DNA of 64,000 nt from Octopus vulgaris (Eukaryota): contig OX597816.1 of assembly GCA_951406725.2 (NCBI GenBank), forward strand, positions 84,010,001 through 84,074,000. Direction: 5' to 3'. The notes under the pieces are model-generated. The model had not been told where the DNA came from, ran no database searches, and saw only the letters and a program-made list of their open reading frames with translations. Shown here in pieces: positions 1-15,831 of this stretch. How positions within the stretch are numbered: position 1 is the first letter of the stretch; each line of letters begins with the position of its first letter. A program made the position numbers and the translations under genes.

Positions 1-300
1 TCCAAGGTCTCGCCAAGCATATTTCTTATCAAGAAAATAAAAACTTAACTGACACAGCAAAATATGCTTGTATAAACACACATTTAGGAATGGAGCAATG
101 TAGACGAGATGACATGGAATCATTAGTATATGCTTCCATGTATTTTTTGAAAAGAAGCTTGCCATGGATTGAAAGCAGCAACCAAACGATAAACATATGA
201 AAGAATTAGTATGTGTACATGTGTTTGAGTGACTGCGTGGATGTGTTGTACACGGAGAGATCGTACTTTGTTGCTGAGTTGTATATAGACATAAGAATCT

Positions 301-718
301 TATTTCTTTAATGCCCACAAGGGGCTAAACATAGAGGGGACAAACAAAGACAGATAGACGGATTAAGTCGATTACATCGACCCCAGTGCATAACTGGTAC
401 TTAATTTATCGATCCCGAAAGGATGAAAGGCAAAGTCGACATGGGCGGAATTTGAACTCAGAATGTAACGGCAGACGAAATACCTATTTTTGTATTACCC
501 ACAAGGGGCTAAAACATAGAGGGGACAAACAAGGACAGACATAGGTATTAAGTCGATTACATCGACCCCAGTGCGTAACTGGTGCTAAATTTATCGACCC
601 CGAAAGGATGAAAGACAAAGTCGACCTCAGCGGAATTTGAACTCACAACTTAACGGCAGACGAAATACCGCTAAGCATTTCGCCCGGCGTGCTAACAATT
701 CTGCCAGCTCGCCGCTGT
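301..718 (-). mobile_element. SINE family A (tRNA-derived head), two tandem internal units, 15-bp TSD
   Basis: Minus-strand head GCGGCGAGCTGGCAGAATTGTTAGC...GAGTTCAAATTCC (A/B-box-like); ~185-bp unit repeated twice; TAGACATAAGAATCT at 286-300 and 719-733. Confidence 0.9.
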
Positions 719-774
719 TAGACATAAGAATCTACAAACGAATTAATATTGTTCATATGTATATTTGAAAACGA

Positions 775-958
775 GTGTAGGACATTTACCCGCCATGAAA
801 AATTACACCTGAGGACGACAGATGACGATTTAAAGCTTCTTAATATATTGGAGTGGGGGTAATTAACCAGGGGGGGGTAATTGTCCTGGGGGTAGTTGTC
901 GTCGGGAGGAATTGCCCTATGGGGAATTATTGTCCACGATGGGTAATTGTCCTGATAC
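775..958. mobile_element. Small MITE-like element with G-rich subterminal tandem repeats
   Basis: Imperfect TIRs GTGTAGGACATTTACCC (775-791) and GGGTAATTGTCCTGATAC (941-958); about six degenerate GGGGTAATTGTCC copies at 855-953. Confidence 0.55.
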
Positions 959-1221
959 ATTGAAAACATGCATATGCAAGTACACGAAAGCGATATCAAC
1001 AAAACCTACGCACTCAAACGTGTGTGTATGCGTATAGATATAATATCAATGTAAAAAATGATTGGGTATACATATATATTGACAGAATATTAACTATTAT
1101 ATAACTAGAAATTGCTGTGTGTGTGTGTGAGTGCGTACGTTAGTACGTGTGTATAGTATACATACATATATATGCATACATGTATGTATATGACGCACAC
1201 ATAGATATATACTTATACAAG

Positions 1222-1389
1222 AACGACGGATTTCTTTCAGTCTCCGTCTACTTTCCATATCTACTCACAACAGTTTGGTCGACCCGAAGCGATAATAGAA
1301 GACACTTGCTCAAGATTCCACGCAGTGAGATTGAAGCCAGAACCGTGCGGCTGGGAAGTTAATCTTCTTACCACACAACCACGCCTGCG

Positions 1390-1392
<3 letters not shown>
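1222..1392 (-). mobile_element. SINE family B, 5' part
   Basis: Reverse complement of the head of the 42351 element. Confidence 0.8.
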
Positions 1393-1431
<39 letters not shown>

Positions 1432-1454
1432 AATATATATGTGTGTGTGTGTGT

Positions 1455-2190
1455 ATTAAGTTGTTCGGAAAATAATGACCAATTTTAAAAATAAGCTTGA
1501 CAAACAGAACTTATACAAAGGTTTTAATTATTCAAAATAGGATCCTTGAGCAGCTATGCATTTCTCCCATCCATTATCAAGGTCATTTATGTCTTTTCGA
1601 TGAAAATCCAACGGTTTTGATGACAAGAAATCCTTGAATTCAGTTTCGTCATTGGTTTTGGAAAAGAAGGTATTTTTTTGCCTTAAAAACTGTCTAGATA
1701 CTTGAAAAAGTGGTACTCGGTGGGTGAAAGATAAGGAGAATATAGGTGTGAGCTTCTGCTGTGTCATCCTGGAAGCATGCAGTCGAGCATTGCCATGGAG
1801 AAGAATTCAACCATGTCGATTAAGAAGTGCAGGTCTCATTTTGTTCAAGTAAACATGCATTTCTTCCAGTTGCTTACAGTAAACGTCCGATGTGATTCTC
1901 TGGTTAGGTTCCAGAAAGCTGTATAGTCTTCAAATTCTGATTGGATGAACGTCCTCTACCTTCTTGAACTTCAAGGCTCTCATCCTCACCACGGAATCTC
2001 TCAAACCTCTGTTTTACCGTCCGATCACTAGTGGAGCCCTCACACTCATGCTCTGCTGATATTGGCGGTTGTTTGTGAGGCATTATGTCCAAGCTTGAAT
2101 TCATATAAAAAAAGAAAATGCATGTTTTCTTGTTTTCATGATTGAAATTAAGGATTTCTACGCTTCAAAATTACATTCTGAAAGAAATCA
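1455..2190 (-). pseudogene. Decayed, internally deleted mariner transposase with one TIR
   Basis: Minus-strand peptides: RTVKQRFERFRGEDESLEVQEGRGRS (HTH/GRP region), LLHGNARLH (cf. LLHDNARPH), YSPYLSPTEYHFF (cf. YSPDLAPSDYHLF) and C-terminal WEKCIAAQGSYFE. Frameshifted; TIR-like TATTAAGTTGTTCGGAAAATAATG at about 1454. Confidence 0.9.
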
Positions 2191-2194
2191 ATAA

Positions 2195-2630
<436 letters not shown>

Positions 2631-2631
2631 A

Positions 2632-2920
2632 CCTAGAAAGTTACCCTCCGAGGCACAAGTCCGGACAAGGTTGTCTATGGAAGACCAGCAGTCGCCCATG
2701 CATAGCAGCCCCCCCTCTCCACGCCAGCAATGTTATCCAAGGTAAAAGCAAAGGCGGATACAGCTTGGCATCTGTGACGTCGCAACTCATTTCTACAGCT
2801 GAGTGAACTGGAGCAATGTGAAATAAAGTGTCTTGCTCAAGAACACAACACGCAGCCCGGTCCGGGATGCGAACTCCCTATCTCACGGTTGTAAGCTCGC
2901 TGCGCTAACCACTGAGACAT
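2632..2920 (-). mobile_element. SINE family C (tRNA-derived head)
   Basis: Reverse complement of 51347-51662; head CTCAGTGGTTAGCGCAGCGAGCTTAC...GAGTTCGCATCCC. Confidence 0.8.
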
Positions 2921-3355
2921 CCACCTACATACATACATACATGTATGTATATAAATTCATATGCGTTGTATTCAAATACAGTCATGTTTAGATTTCATGT
3001 TTTTAAGTATATACATTGATCGTTGTATAGAGAAAATCTCTCAAGCATATATGTACATGTTCATTGTATTATGTTTATGTGTATGTTTCTATTTTTTTCG
3101 CTTGTGTGAGACAAAGAGAGTACGTATGTATATGTGTGAATCTTAGTGTTTGTGTGTGTGTGAGAGAGATAGAGATAGAGAGAGGGAGAGAAAGAGAGAA
3201 AGAGCGTGTATGAGTCAATGCTAATTTGTATATGTTCATTGTAGAATAATCCACAACGGTTAAACGTGCTTTCAGCATCTGTAAATCTTTCTGTGACGCA
3301 AACCTGTATTAAAACCTATTAATACAAATATTTAACTTTCAGATTTGTTTGCATT

Positions 3356-3386
<31 letters not shown>

Positions 3387-3707
3387 GACGTGTCTATATG
3401 TGTATGTATATAGGTGTGTGTGTACACACTTACACACATACACACACACATATATGTATGTATACATAGCTAAATAGAGAGATAAATAGATTTCAGCATC
3501 ATGATGCCTCGCGAGGCGCCTGGCAGGACCGCGCACTCGGCTCCCGGCAGTACAGTGATATTTTGTTCTGCTGGTTTTGGTTTGAATATATGCCATTCTA
3601 TTTGTGTTAGGTCTTTGAATTGGTGACTATTCTATTTAGTAATGAAGACGAAATTAGAATCCACGGCGTAAAGGAGGGATAAAAGTATCAAAGAGCATTT
3701 AATGACT

Positions 3708-3866
3708 ATGAAGAAGAAGAAGAAGAAAAAGAAGAAAAAGAAGAAAAGGAAGAAAAAAAGAAAAAAGAAGAAAAGAAGAAGAATAAAAGAAGAAGAAGAA
3801 GAAGAAGAAGAAGAAGAAGAAGAAGAAGAAGAAGAAGAAGAAGAAGAAGAAGAAGAAGAAGAAGAA
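3708..3866. repeat. (AAG)n microsatellite
   Basis: Direct reading. Confidence 0.95.
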
Positions 3867-4468
3867 AATTAAGGATTGACAAAGATACATTGCGATGATT
3901 GGTTCGGTCCGTTATATTCTGAGTTCAATTCTTGCCAAAATCAACTTTGTCTTCCATCATTTCGTACTCGATAGAAATATGTACCAAATGTTCACTGGGT
4001 TCGGTGAAATCGATTTAACCCTAAATATGCCTTGTCCACAAATTTTAGAGAATTCGTGTGACATGTTTTTCTGCAGTTCGTTTCTTGACCGAGCTACCTT
4101 CATGGATGAAGAGTGGACTAAGATTTGGCGTCCAGCATCTAGAATGTTGCCAAGCGCTCACAGTATTGTACAGCCTGGATAAAGCTGTTAGTGAAAACAC
4201 ACACACACACACACACAAGATAGATTTCTTTAGTGTGGATCTCAGATGAGGATATGGGGCATTATCTTTGGGCATCGACGCGAACAGTTTGCGTAGTCTC
4301 TACAGGTGGCCTTTCAAGTCAGAGACTCTCAACAACTTCCTTAACACTTTGGCATGGCATTGTTACAGAGGATCATTACATGTTAGTGACAATCTCTTCA
4401 GGCATTGAAGCACCAAGAGCCGAGCATGACCGAAATGTATGTACTGGGAAGAACCCGTCCTACACGCA

Positions 4469-4510
<42 letters not shown>

Positions 4511-4914
4511 GAGCAAAACGCCCCCCGTCCAATGGACGGTGCTGAGTTGTCAAACATTTAAACTACATTTTCTCAAAACAACTTGTCCGACCGTCCCATA
4601 GGCCTCCCCTTTGAGAAACACAGATTTAACCTAAATTTGAGACACCAGCAAAAGAAGAAGAAAAGATAGACTTTTTCTTTATTCCAAAGAAAAACGATTT
4701 TATTCACTTTATCGATTGCATTCTCTCCTGGAATCGATTTTTGTAATTTTTTTCAAGACTTATGCACGCCCTGATACCGTCGGTATCTACATATCATATT
4801 TGAGCGCAATCGGATGGAGGATGTCCGAGATGCTTGGCAACCTGGGCAAGTGTCTTCTATTGTAGCCTCGGGCCGACCAAAGCCTTGTGAGTGGATTTGG
4901 TTGACGGAACCGCT

Positions 4915-5190
4915 CACTAGAAAAATCGAACTCGGTACACATAGCGACATTACGACACAATTACTTTAACCGGTCGAGCTCTCTCTAATAACTTACCAAA
5001 ATACGTCAAAATGGAAACGGATCCCATAAAATTCAAATGTTCACTGGACAAATTTCTTCAAAAAATCCCGGACCAAACCTCCTACACCAACAATAATAAT
5101 TTTTTGCTAGAATACTTCTCCAGGTGGTGCTATTAAGTTAGATATCGCCTGGGCCTATACTGGCCGAAACCTATCAAAGTTATCAAAATT
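4915..5190 (+). mobile_element. 3' end of a CR1/L2-like LINE (ORF2 C-terminus and 3' UTR)
   Basis: HIATLRHNYF...NNLPKYVKMETDPIKFKCSLDKFLQKIPD is homologous to the peptide at 20800-21160; short tandem tail TATCAAAGTTATCAAAATT. Confidence 0.7.
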
Positions 5191-5391
5191 ATATATATAT
5201 ATATACATATATATATGCATATCTTTGTGTGTCTGGCTGTCTCCCCCACCATCGCTCGACAACCGATGTTGCCGAACCGCTATGTTAAGGGGACGTAAAC
5301 ACACCAACATAGGTTGTCAAGCGATGGTGGGGCAGACAGCTAGACACACAAACATATGCATATGCATACACACAAACATACACACACATAT

Positions 5392-5426
<35 letters not shown>

Positions 5427-5674
5427 CATACATATATACATTATAGATTACTTGTTTCAACCATTAGAGTGCGGCCAACCTAGATCGCCGACTTCAGTCG
5501 AACAAATAGACACCAGTATTTATGATTCAAACGCCAGGTACTTTTCGTACCGGTTGCTCATGACGAACCGCTAAGTTACAGGAAATGTAAGCCCACCAAC
5601 CTCGGTTATTAAACGGTGGTATGGAACAAAGATACAACCACACACACTCACGCATGCACACAGACACATACACA

Positions 5675-5736
<62 letters not shown>

Positions 5737-6005
5737 CTTTATTTAAAGCAGCAGAAAATTCAACAAAACCTGTTACTCTGTTGAATTTTCTGCTGCTTTA
5801 AATAAAGCATAAAAGTCTACCACTCGTATTTGAGTACTCTTTTTTCCACCTTGTTTCACATTTATGTGTTTACTCCGGTCAGCCGAAATTGCGAAGATGA
5901 TCCGGTTCTTGACTGATGATTCAGGGCTTCGAATGTCCCGTCCGTGTTTTTTGTGTCGTCTTCTAAATGTTTCACGTTCTTGTCCCAGTTTGTATATTCT
6001 ATTAC
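5737..6005. mobile_element. Foldback composite of two short repeat families (probable Penelope pLTR remnants)
   Basis: 29-bp perfect IR 5737-5765/5779-5807; 5816-5879 matches 49376-49440; 5880-5995 matches 34170-34285 and 19395-19475. Confidence 0.6.
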
Positions 6006-6497
6006 TTTTACATATATATATATATATATATATATATGGTTCAAATGAACAAACCACGAAAGTTATGGACAGCTGAGTGAACAGCAAGCAAGGTGTGCGT
6101 TTCTTTCCGTTTCTGTTTCCCAAATCCAGTCTTAATGATTTAGGCGGCTGGGGCTAATACTAGTTGTCACCTGGTCAAGGTTCCATGAGATGGAAACAGC
6201 CACGTCAGAGAGTATATAAATTATTACGCATACAGGTATATAACACACACGCACTCACACACACACACATGCATACTCACATATGTATATATGTGTGTGT
6301 ATGTGTGTGTATGTGTGTGTATACAGGTACATACAGAGAGAGAAAGAGAGAGAGAAGAACAGAGAATGAGAGTACAGCAATAAACATATATATATATATA
6401 TATATGTATTTATAAATGTGTAAATGTATATAATATATACATGTATATATATGTGTGTGTATATATATGTATATACACGTGTATATAAGTATCTGGG

Positions 6498-6538
<41 letters not shown>

Positions 6539-6746
6539 ATACATACATTTTTTATATGTACATATATATATGGATATATATATATACATATATATATATG
6601 TAAATATATATAAGAATGTATAAATATATATGTATATATATATAATATATATATACATGTATTATATATATATAATATATATACATATATATTTATGTAT
6701 ATATATATATATATATATAATATATATACATATATATATATATATT

Positions 6747-6781
<35 letters not shown>

Positions 6782-7134
6782 CAAATTAACAGAAAAAAAA
6801 AGACGAAGACAGGCGAAAGAACAACAAACAGAAACACACATATACAAATACTTACACAATGATACATGTATATGCACACACATAAATACATATACAAAAG
6901 TACATATATAGATATCTCTACATACATTTACATGATATTAGATACATAAATATAGCTATTTACCTGCTTATAGATAGACCCTTAATTACTTGCGTATATG
7001 TGTATATATATACATACGCATTTACCTTTGATAAATGCGCATAGATATAAGTATGCATGTATATTATAGATTGCGTATATAATATGTACAAATGTAAATT
7101 ACGTACAAACCTTTTTGATATAACGAGAATATAT

Positions 7135-7218
<84 letters not shown>

Positions 7219-7645
7219 AATATTTATATATCTATAAATATATATTTATAAATATATAAATATTTATATATTTATAGATATATATAAATATATAAATACA
7301 CACACACACACACACACTCATTTATATATATATATATATATAGAACACATTGTACCATTCGGCATCACGTACATATATAAAACATAATATATAATATATA
7401 ATACATAGGCATGAATATATGTATGTGTATGTGTTTCTGTTATCGTGAGTGTGCATTTATATATATATGTATATAGGCATATACACACACGCACACACAT
7501 ATCTATGTATACATATGTATGAAAATATGTATATATACATATATGTACAAATTTAATTGCGTGTATAGGTATGTTTTACATCTATCCATACTTACATACA
7601 AACACACACATATATATATGTAGAATGTATGAATATATATATGTA

Positions 7646-7689
<44 letters not shown>

Positions 7690-8263
7690 TATAGAGATTG
7701 ATACATATATATATAGATACATACATACATACGTATATACATACATCCATTTTCCTTTATTCTTTTATATATTTCAATCATCTACCTGTGGTGATGCTGA
7801 AGCACTATCTCAAACGGTTTCAGTCGATGCAATAGACCCCCTAGAATTATTCTATCGGTAAATTTTGTCGAACCGCTACCTTACGGTGTAATCACACCAA
7901 TACTGGTTGTCAAGCGATAATGGGGGGGGGGGGGGAACAGAGACACAAAGTCACATACATATATAGATAGATAAATAGATATTCACACACACTCACGCTT
8001 GTATCTATATCTATACATACTTGTATATATAGTATATATATTATTATCTATTACTTGCAAAAATATACTCATTGCATTAAACAATAAACCTATATTACAC
8101 AATATAATAGTTATACATATATATACATATATATATACATATATATATACATTATACATATATATATATATGTATAATAGATGCATATTATGAATTCATG
8201 TTATATAAACATCCGTCTATCAATACATGCCCCTTTATTCAGGTGTCTGTATATACATATATA

Positions 8264-8304
<41 letters not shown>

Positions 8305-8862
8305 CACATATATATGCATAGATATATGCATGTGTTTGTGTTTGTATATATATACAAAGTACATATATATATATATATATATATATACAAAGTACATACA
8401 CACAAAGAGACACATACATATACATGTACACGCACACACACACACACATGTGCTTGTTCTACAATGTAAATGGTAATATATTCAAACAAGCAAATACACG
8501 TAAAGACACTCACTCGTATACACATATCAGACGTATCTAAACGTAACCATGTACATATTTATCGATATGTGTATATATACGCAGGTACATACTCCTACTT
8601 TTACTCACGTAAAGGTGTATATACATGGCCAGACTTTTCTCAACGTTATATGTTTTTACAAGTATAATGCTGGATCATAAACGTATGCATGTTGATATCA
8701 TAAACACACGCACTCACATATGCATGTATATACATTCATACATACATGTATATATATATATATGTATGTATGTATTTATGTATATAAATATTCATAAATA
8801 TTAATATATATATGTATAGATATTCACATATAAATATGTATATATATATATACATATACGTA

Positions 8863-8909
<47 letters not shown>

Positions 8910-8957
8910 ATACATACTTGTAACAACAAACAATTATATGTATATACACATATATAC

Positions 8958-9003
<46 letters not shown>

Positions 9004-9100
9004 ATATCTGTATATATGTGTATATACATATAATTGTTTGTTGTTACAAGTATGTATCTTTATAGGCACATATATTTATACACATACATACGTATGTATG

Positions 9101-9160
<60 letters not shown>

Positions 9161-9382
9161 GATTAGTGTGGTTCATGTATATGTATGATACCCAAGAAAT
9201 CCAACTCAAGATATTTCTCCAACAATTTCACGTCTACGTAGAACTTAAGAATGTTTTATAACAGATCATTCATAATGAACACCCCAAAGGGATCAGTGAA
9301 TGAACTAAATACTTTTTATCCAACTCAAAACCTCCTTTTTCTCAACATATATAATGTGTACACAACATCAAACAATCTGTGG

Positions 9383-9439
<57 letters not shown>

Positions 9440-9803
9440 CATATGTATGAAAAAGCATGGAGACATGCATGCACATATGAATTAACGTATATGTATTAAA
9501 AGTTATAGCTCATTTAGAGTCAGGTACAATATCAGCCCAAAGGCTATGGCCATAACGGAGCACTCCGAGTGTAATTACATTATCAGGGGCTATTTGTTTG
9601 CGATTGATTTTGCTGAAGGAGGTAGGGCGGCATTTAGGCCTGCTTTTGAGATTCGGGCTGTGATACAGGTTCACCTGGGACATTGGACAGCAGGTGATCA
9701 AATATATAAATATGTATACATATACATACATATGTATATATCTATCTATACATATCTATATATGCATGTATATATATACATATATATACATCTCTCTCTC
9801 TCC

Positions 9804-9893
<90 letters not shown>

Positions 9894-9895
9894 AT

Positions 9896-9929
<34 letters not shown>

Positions 9930-9945
9930 ATATATATATAGACAT

Positions 9946-9978
<33 letters not shown>

Positions 9979-10287
9979 GACATATACATATACTTAGCTG
10001 TATACACACGCACGCATGTACACTATCATTTATATGTGTTTCGATACATGTCGAATAATATGCGTTCAAACATATCTATATATCTCTACATACGTGCGTC
10101 CATTCATGCACAAATACACTCACACACGTCTATTCTTAGATGTATATATACAGATGCTTGCATATATACACACTCCAATACATACAAGCACTCACACAGG
10201 CACATCTGCATATCTATATTTGCATATGTATATATATATATATATGCTATGTATGTATGTATATATATATATACATATATTTATATG

Positions 10288-10319
<32 letters not shown>

Positions 10320-10397
10320 CATATGTTTGTATATATGTATATATCTATATATATGTATGCGTGTATGTATGCATGCGTGTATGTATTATTTATCTAC

Positions 10398-10450
<53 letters not shown>

Positions 10451-11090
10451 TACATACTTATGTATGCATATATATAATCCTGTACACCGTTTCCAAAGAT
10501 ACAAACTCTCACACACAAAAATGAGTGTGTAAATAATATATAGCTTAGTATATACACACACACACATACACACACATCCATATACACACACACATACACA
10601 CACACACACATACATATATACATATATATATATATGCATTTATTTATGTATATATGTATACATATATATGGAGACAGATATATGGACAGACAGATAAATG
10701 GGTAGATAGATATATAGATAGATAGCTAGAAAGATAGTTAGATAGGAAGATAAATACTTATATATGTATACATGTATAATACATTTGTATGTAGGCATAT
10801 ATACTCGTTTATACGTTATTTACAATCACATATTTAATTACGTATATATACGAATATTCCAATCTATATATTAATATACATATGTATCTATTTATCTGTC
10901 TGACTGTCTGTCTTTCGGTATGCCTGCTTCTCTGTCTGATTGTCTGTCTATCTCTTATTCTCTTTGTGTGTGTATATATATACAAGCACGTATATATATA
11001 TATGTATGTATATGTATGTATATATATGTATATATATATATGCATATATATATGTGTGTGTGTATACATGCATACATATATGTTAATATG

Positions 11091-11179
<89 letters not shown>

Positions 11180-11487
11180 ATAATAGCCTCGAGCCGATCA
11201 AAGGCTCGTGAGTGAATTTGCGAGAAGGAAATTGAAAAAGCCCGTCGTATAAATATTTACGTATATGTTTGTGTGTCAGTGTTTGTCCCCACAACGTTAC
11301 CTGGCAACCGATGTGAGTACATTTATGTCTATGTAGTCTAGTGGTTCGACGTAAGGGACTGATAAAATAAATACTAGGCTTACAAAGAATAAGTTCTGGA
11401 GTTGATTTTTTGACTAAAGGTGGAGCTCCAACATGGTGGCAGTAAAATGTCTGAAAGAATTAAAAGAATAAAAGAATATATATATAC

Positions 11488-11534
<47 letters not shown>

Positions 11535-11680
11535 AGTTTCCATGTACCTAATTTACTCTCAAGGCTTTGGTCAGCCTGAGACTAAAGTAGAAGACACTTG
11601 CCCAAGGTGTCACGCAGTCGATCTGAACCAGGAACCACGTAGTTGGGAAGAATGCTACTTAACACACCGCCACTCCTGCG

Positions 11681-12388
<708 letters not shown>

Positions 12389-12460
12389 CTCTTCTGAGTG
12401 TACTCTGTACCAGAGCAGAGATTATCAATATATTTTATTTTGCTCGAGTTAGTGTAATGT

Positions 12461-12508
12461 CTTGATACTCTGAGTTTCATATCAGAATGCAGAAAATTTT
12501 CTGTCAAG
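12461..12508 (-). ncRNA. Degenerate hammerhead ribozyme remnant
   Basis: Minus strand: CTTGA-CAGAAAA-...-GAAA-CTCAGAG-TA-TCAAG. Stem I is 5 bp and stem III is identical to the 49302 HHR; core and stem II are decayed. Confidence 0.4.
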
Positions 12509-12623
12509 TTATAAGTGAAAATTGATGATATTGCTATTGCTGTCTGTCTGTCTCCTTCTCTCTCTCTCTCTCTCTCTCTGTCACTCTCTCTTTCTCGTAC
12601 TCACTCTTCCCCTGTGTCTCTCT

Positions 12624-12677
<54 letters not shown>

Positions 12678-13151
12678 GAATGTGAAAATCCAATCAATTT
12701 GTACTCATAACCTGTCTGAAATTTCGGTGCACTAACTGATGGAACTGAGATAGCAACTTGCTAAATGTCACATAAGCACGCCAAAATTTCGAAGTCACTA
12801 TCATTTCTCATCTTGTTAAAGAATAGTAGATACTTGCTCTACAAAAATTATTTAGTAATCTTACAATTTACCCAAAAAGTTTTTCTTGTATCTATACACA
12901 TAAATATATTGAATCATACATACATACATACAAGCATATACACACATGCGCGCGCACACACACACACACACATATACTACAACTGCATTAATATTTATGC
13001 ACTTAATGTATACTTATATACCTTAATTTTATACATACATACATCTATACATACATAGACACATATATAATATATGTATAGATATATAAGTGTATGAATC
13101 GTACATGTATAGAATTATATATATAAGTGTGTGTGTGTATGTATACGTATG

Positions 13152-13202
<51 letters not shown>

Positions 13203-13274
13203 GTATATGAACCTATGTATGTTTATGCGTGTTTCTCTGTGTCTGTGCATCTCTCTCTCTCTCTCTCTCTCTCA

Positions 13275-13398
<124 letters not shown>

Positions 13399-13482
13399 CA
13401 TCCATGTATCTATTTATCTATCTATATATGTAACTAGCTAGCTAACTAGCTATTTCTTTCTCTTTCTCTCTGATTCTGTCTC

Positions 13483-13521
<39 letters not shown>

Positions 13522-14210
13522 TATGTATATTTATATATGCAGTTTATATATTTGTGAATTTGTCTTTAGGTGCGAATGTGTTTGTTCTCGGTCTTCTTTG
13601 AAGCGGACATTATTTACATCAAAATTTATTTTTCTTTCCTATTTTCTGCATATTTAATATCGTAGAGGTTTCGTATTTACGCCTTATGTACGCATAAGAG
13701 TATAACTGAACTGTTTTTGTTAGTTACGTTCACATTTCTTCTCACGAATCTTATGATTAAAGGGCGCTTTTTTTGCGACTCTTGAGTTTTTTTTTTTAAT
13801 TTTTACCACCGTATCTTGTATGAATTCACTACAAAATCTGTCGGTGTTTCGAATGCTTGTAGGCTCTGATTTCAGGAAGATTTAAACTGTTATTTTTAGT
13901 AGAGAGTCTCTCATAATTTCGTGCCGATGATGTGTTTTATAGTACACACCTGAGTTCGTGCATGTATGCTTCTATATGTGTGTTTTAAGACACTGTGTCT
14001 CAATTAATTAAAAGCCACACTAAACTGCAAACCAACCTCGTTTTTTTATTTTTTTGTAGGCGAATTGCACAAATGCACACACAGACACAGTGCGCACACA
14101 CGAGCTCGCACGCTTATTATGTGCAGACGTACTCGAACGCACATCTCTGTCTCTGTCCGTCTGTCCGTCTGTCTCTCCTTCCGCCTGTTTCTCTCGCTAC
14201 ACACACACAC

Positions 14211-14272
<62 letters not shown>

Positions 14273-14404
14273 GCACGCACGCACACATACGTACATCTAA
14301 CTACATACTCAAAACTCACATACATGTGTGCGTGTTTACTGATATTATGCACGCAAACACATGCTCGGATAAATACATCCCTCTCTCTATCTCTCTCTCT
14401 CTCC

Positions 14405-14495
<91 letters not shown>

Positions 14496-15776
14496 TATCG
14501 TGTGTGTTTCTGTGTCGTATCTGCCTCATGTACTCCCACTCTCTCCCTCTACATCTTCAGCAATTTGCCACACCCACACTCTTTCCACCACGCGTGTATT
14601 TCTCCTCCCACTCTCATATTTTAATGTTTACGGTCCACCACCATTCTATCGTTCTTTCTTTACTTTATCTTTCCTTTATTCACCCCCCTCCACCACTGTT
14701 TGATACTTTAATATCTCCACCTTCCTTTCCTCTACGTAATATGTCTTATCGTGTTTTAATATCTCCTCCCACAATTTCATTTTGTCTGGTATTCTTCGCC
14801 AAGACGGTTACTGCTTCACTGAAAAATTCTATTTAAAAAAAAAAATAAATGAAAAAAATTTATCGTATCATTTAGCATCCTTTATCTATTACGTTCTGAG
14901 TTCGATTCCTAGTTATGGCCGAAATTGACTTTCATTGTTGTTTTATACCTTTCTTTTTGTTGTATTTTCATTTTTTTTTTTTCTGGTCCTCAATAAAATT
15001 ATTAAGTTATTTACAAGGACTGGAGGTTCGACCCACTCAAAAATATACCCTCCCACCGTACTCATTCTATCTTTCCCTCTTCCTCTCTTCTTCCCATTCT
15101 TTAACTTTGTTTATACAATAAACAAAAGCCTTTTATTTTCCTAAATGTGCTCCCGCGCACATAGACTGGATGAGTCTACGCACCGTTACAAACACACAAT
15201 TTACACATTGTTTCTCTTCATTTCTGTCTTCATTCATAGATAAAAACACACATATTTACATATATAAAAATATATACACACACTCACACACATATATATA
15301 TACACTTGCATTCTTCTTACATTATATTTCCTGCGCCTACTACTATGTATCACCTACCATTCGTACCGCTGCAAGCCAATGAAATAGCCACAACGCGATC
15401 ACTTTTGTTAGAAATAGCAATCAAATCTTCCTCACATGCTGCCTGGTAAACAAAGTTGTCACAGCTAGAATGAGATGGTCACGGCAGGGACGACTCTTAT
15501 CACAAGTTTTCTGATTTAGGCTAACCTGGGGGCTAAACACAAACAGCGATATCAAAGCGGAATACCCTTCAAAATTTCCCGCTTCTCTCTCTTTTCAACC
15601 CCTCTTAGTATTATATTTGTCCCTGTCTGTCTACTTTTCTATTCCACTGACGCACATACACACACACTGTATACACACACACACACACACAATATACATA
15701 CATACACAAACACGATATACATACACACACATACACGCACACACAGACACCATATACATACATACACACATACCAT

Positions 15777-15831
<55 letters not shown>

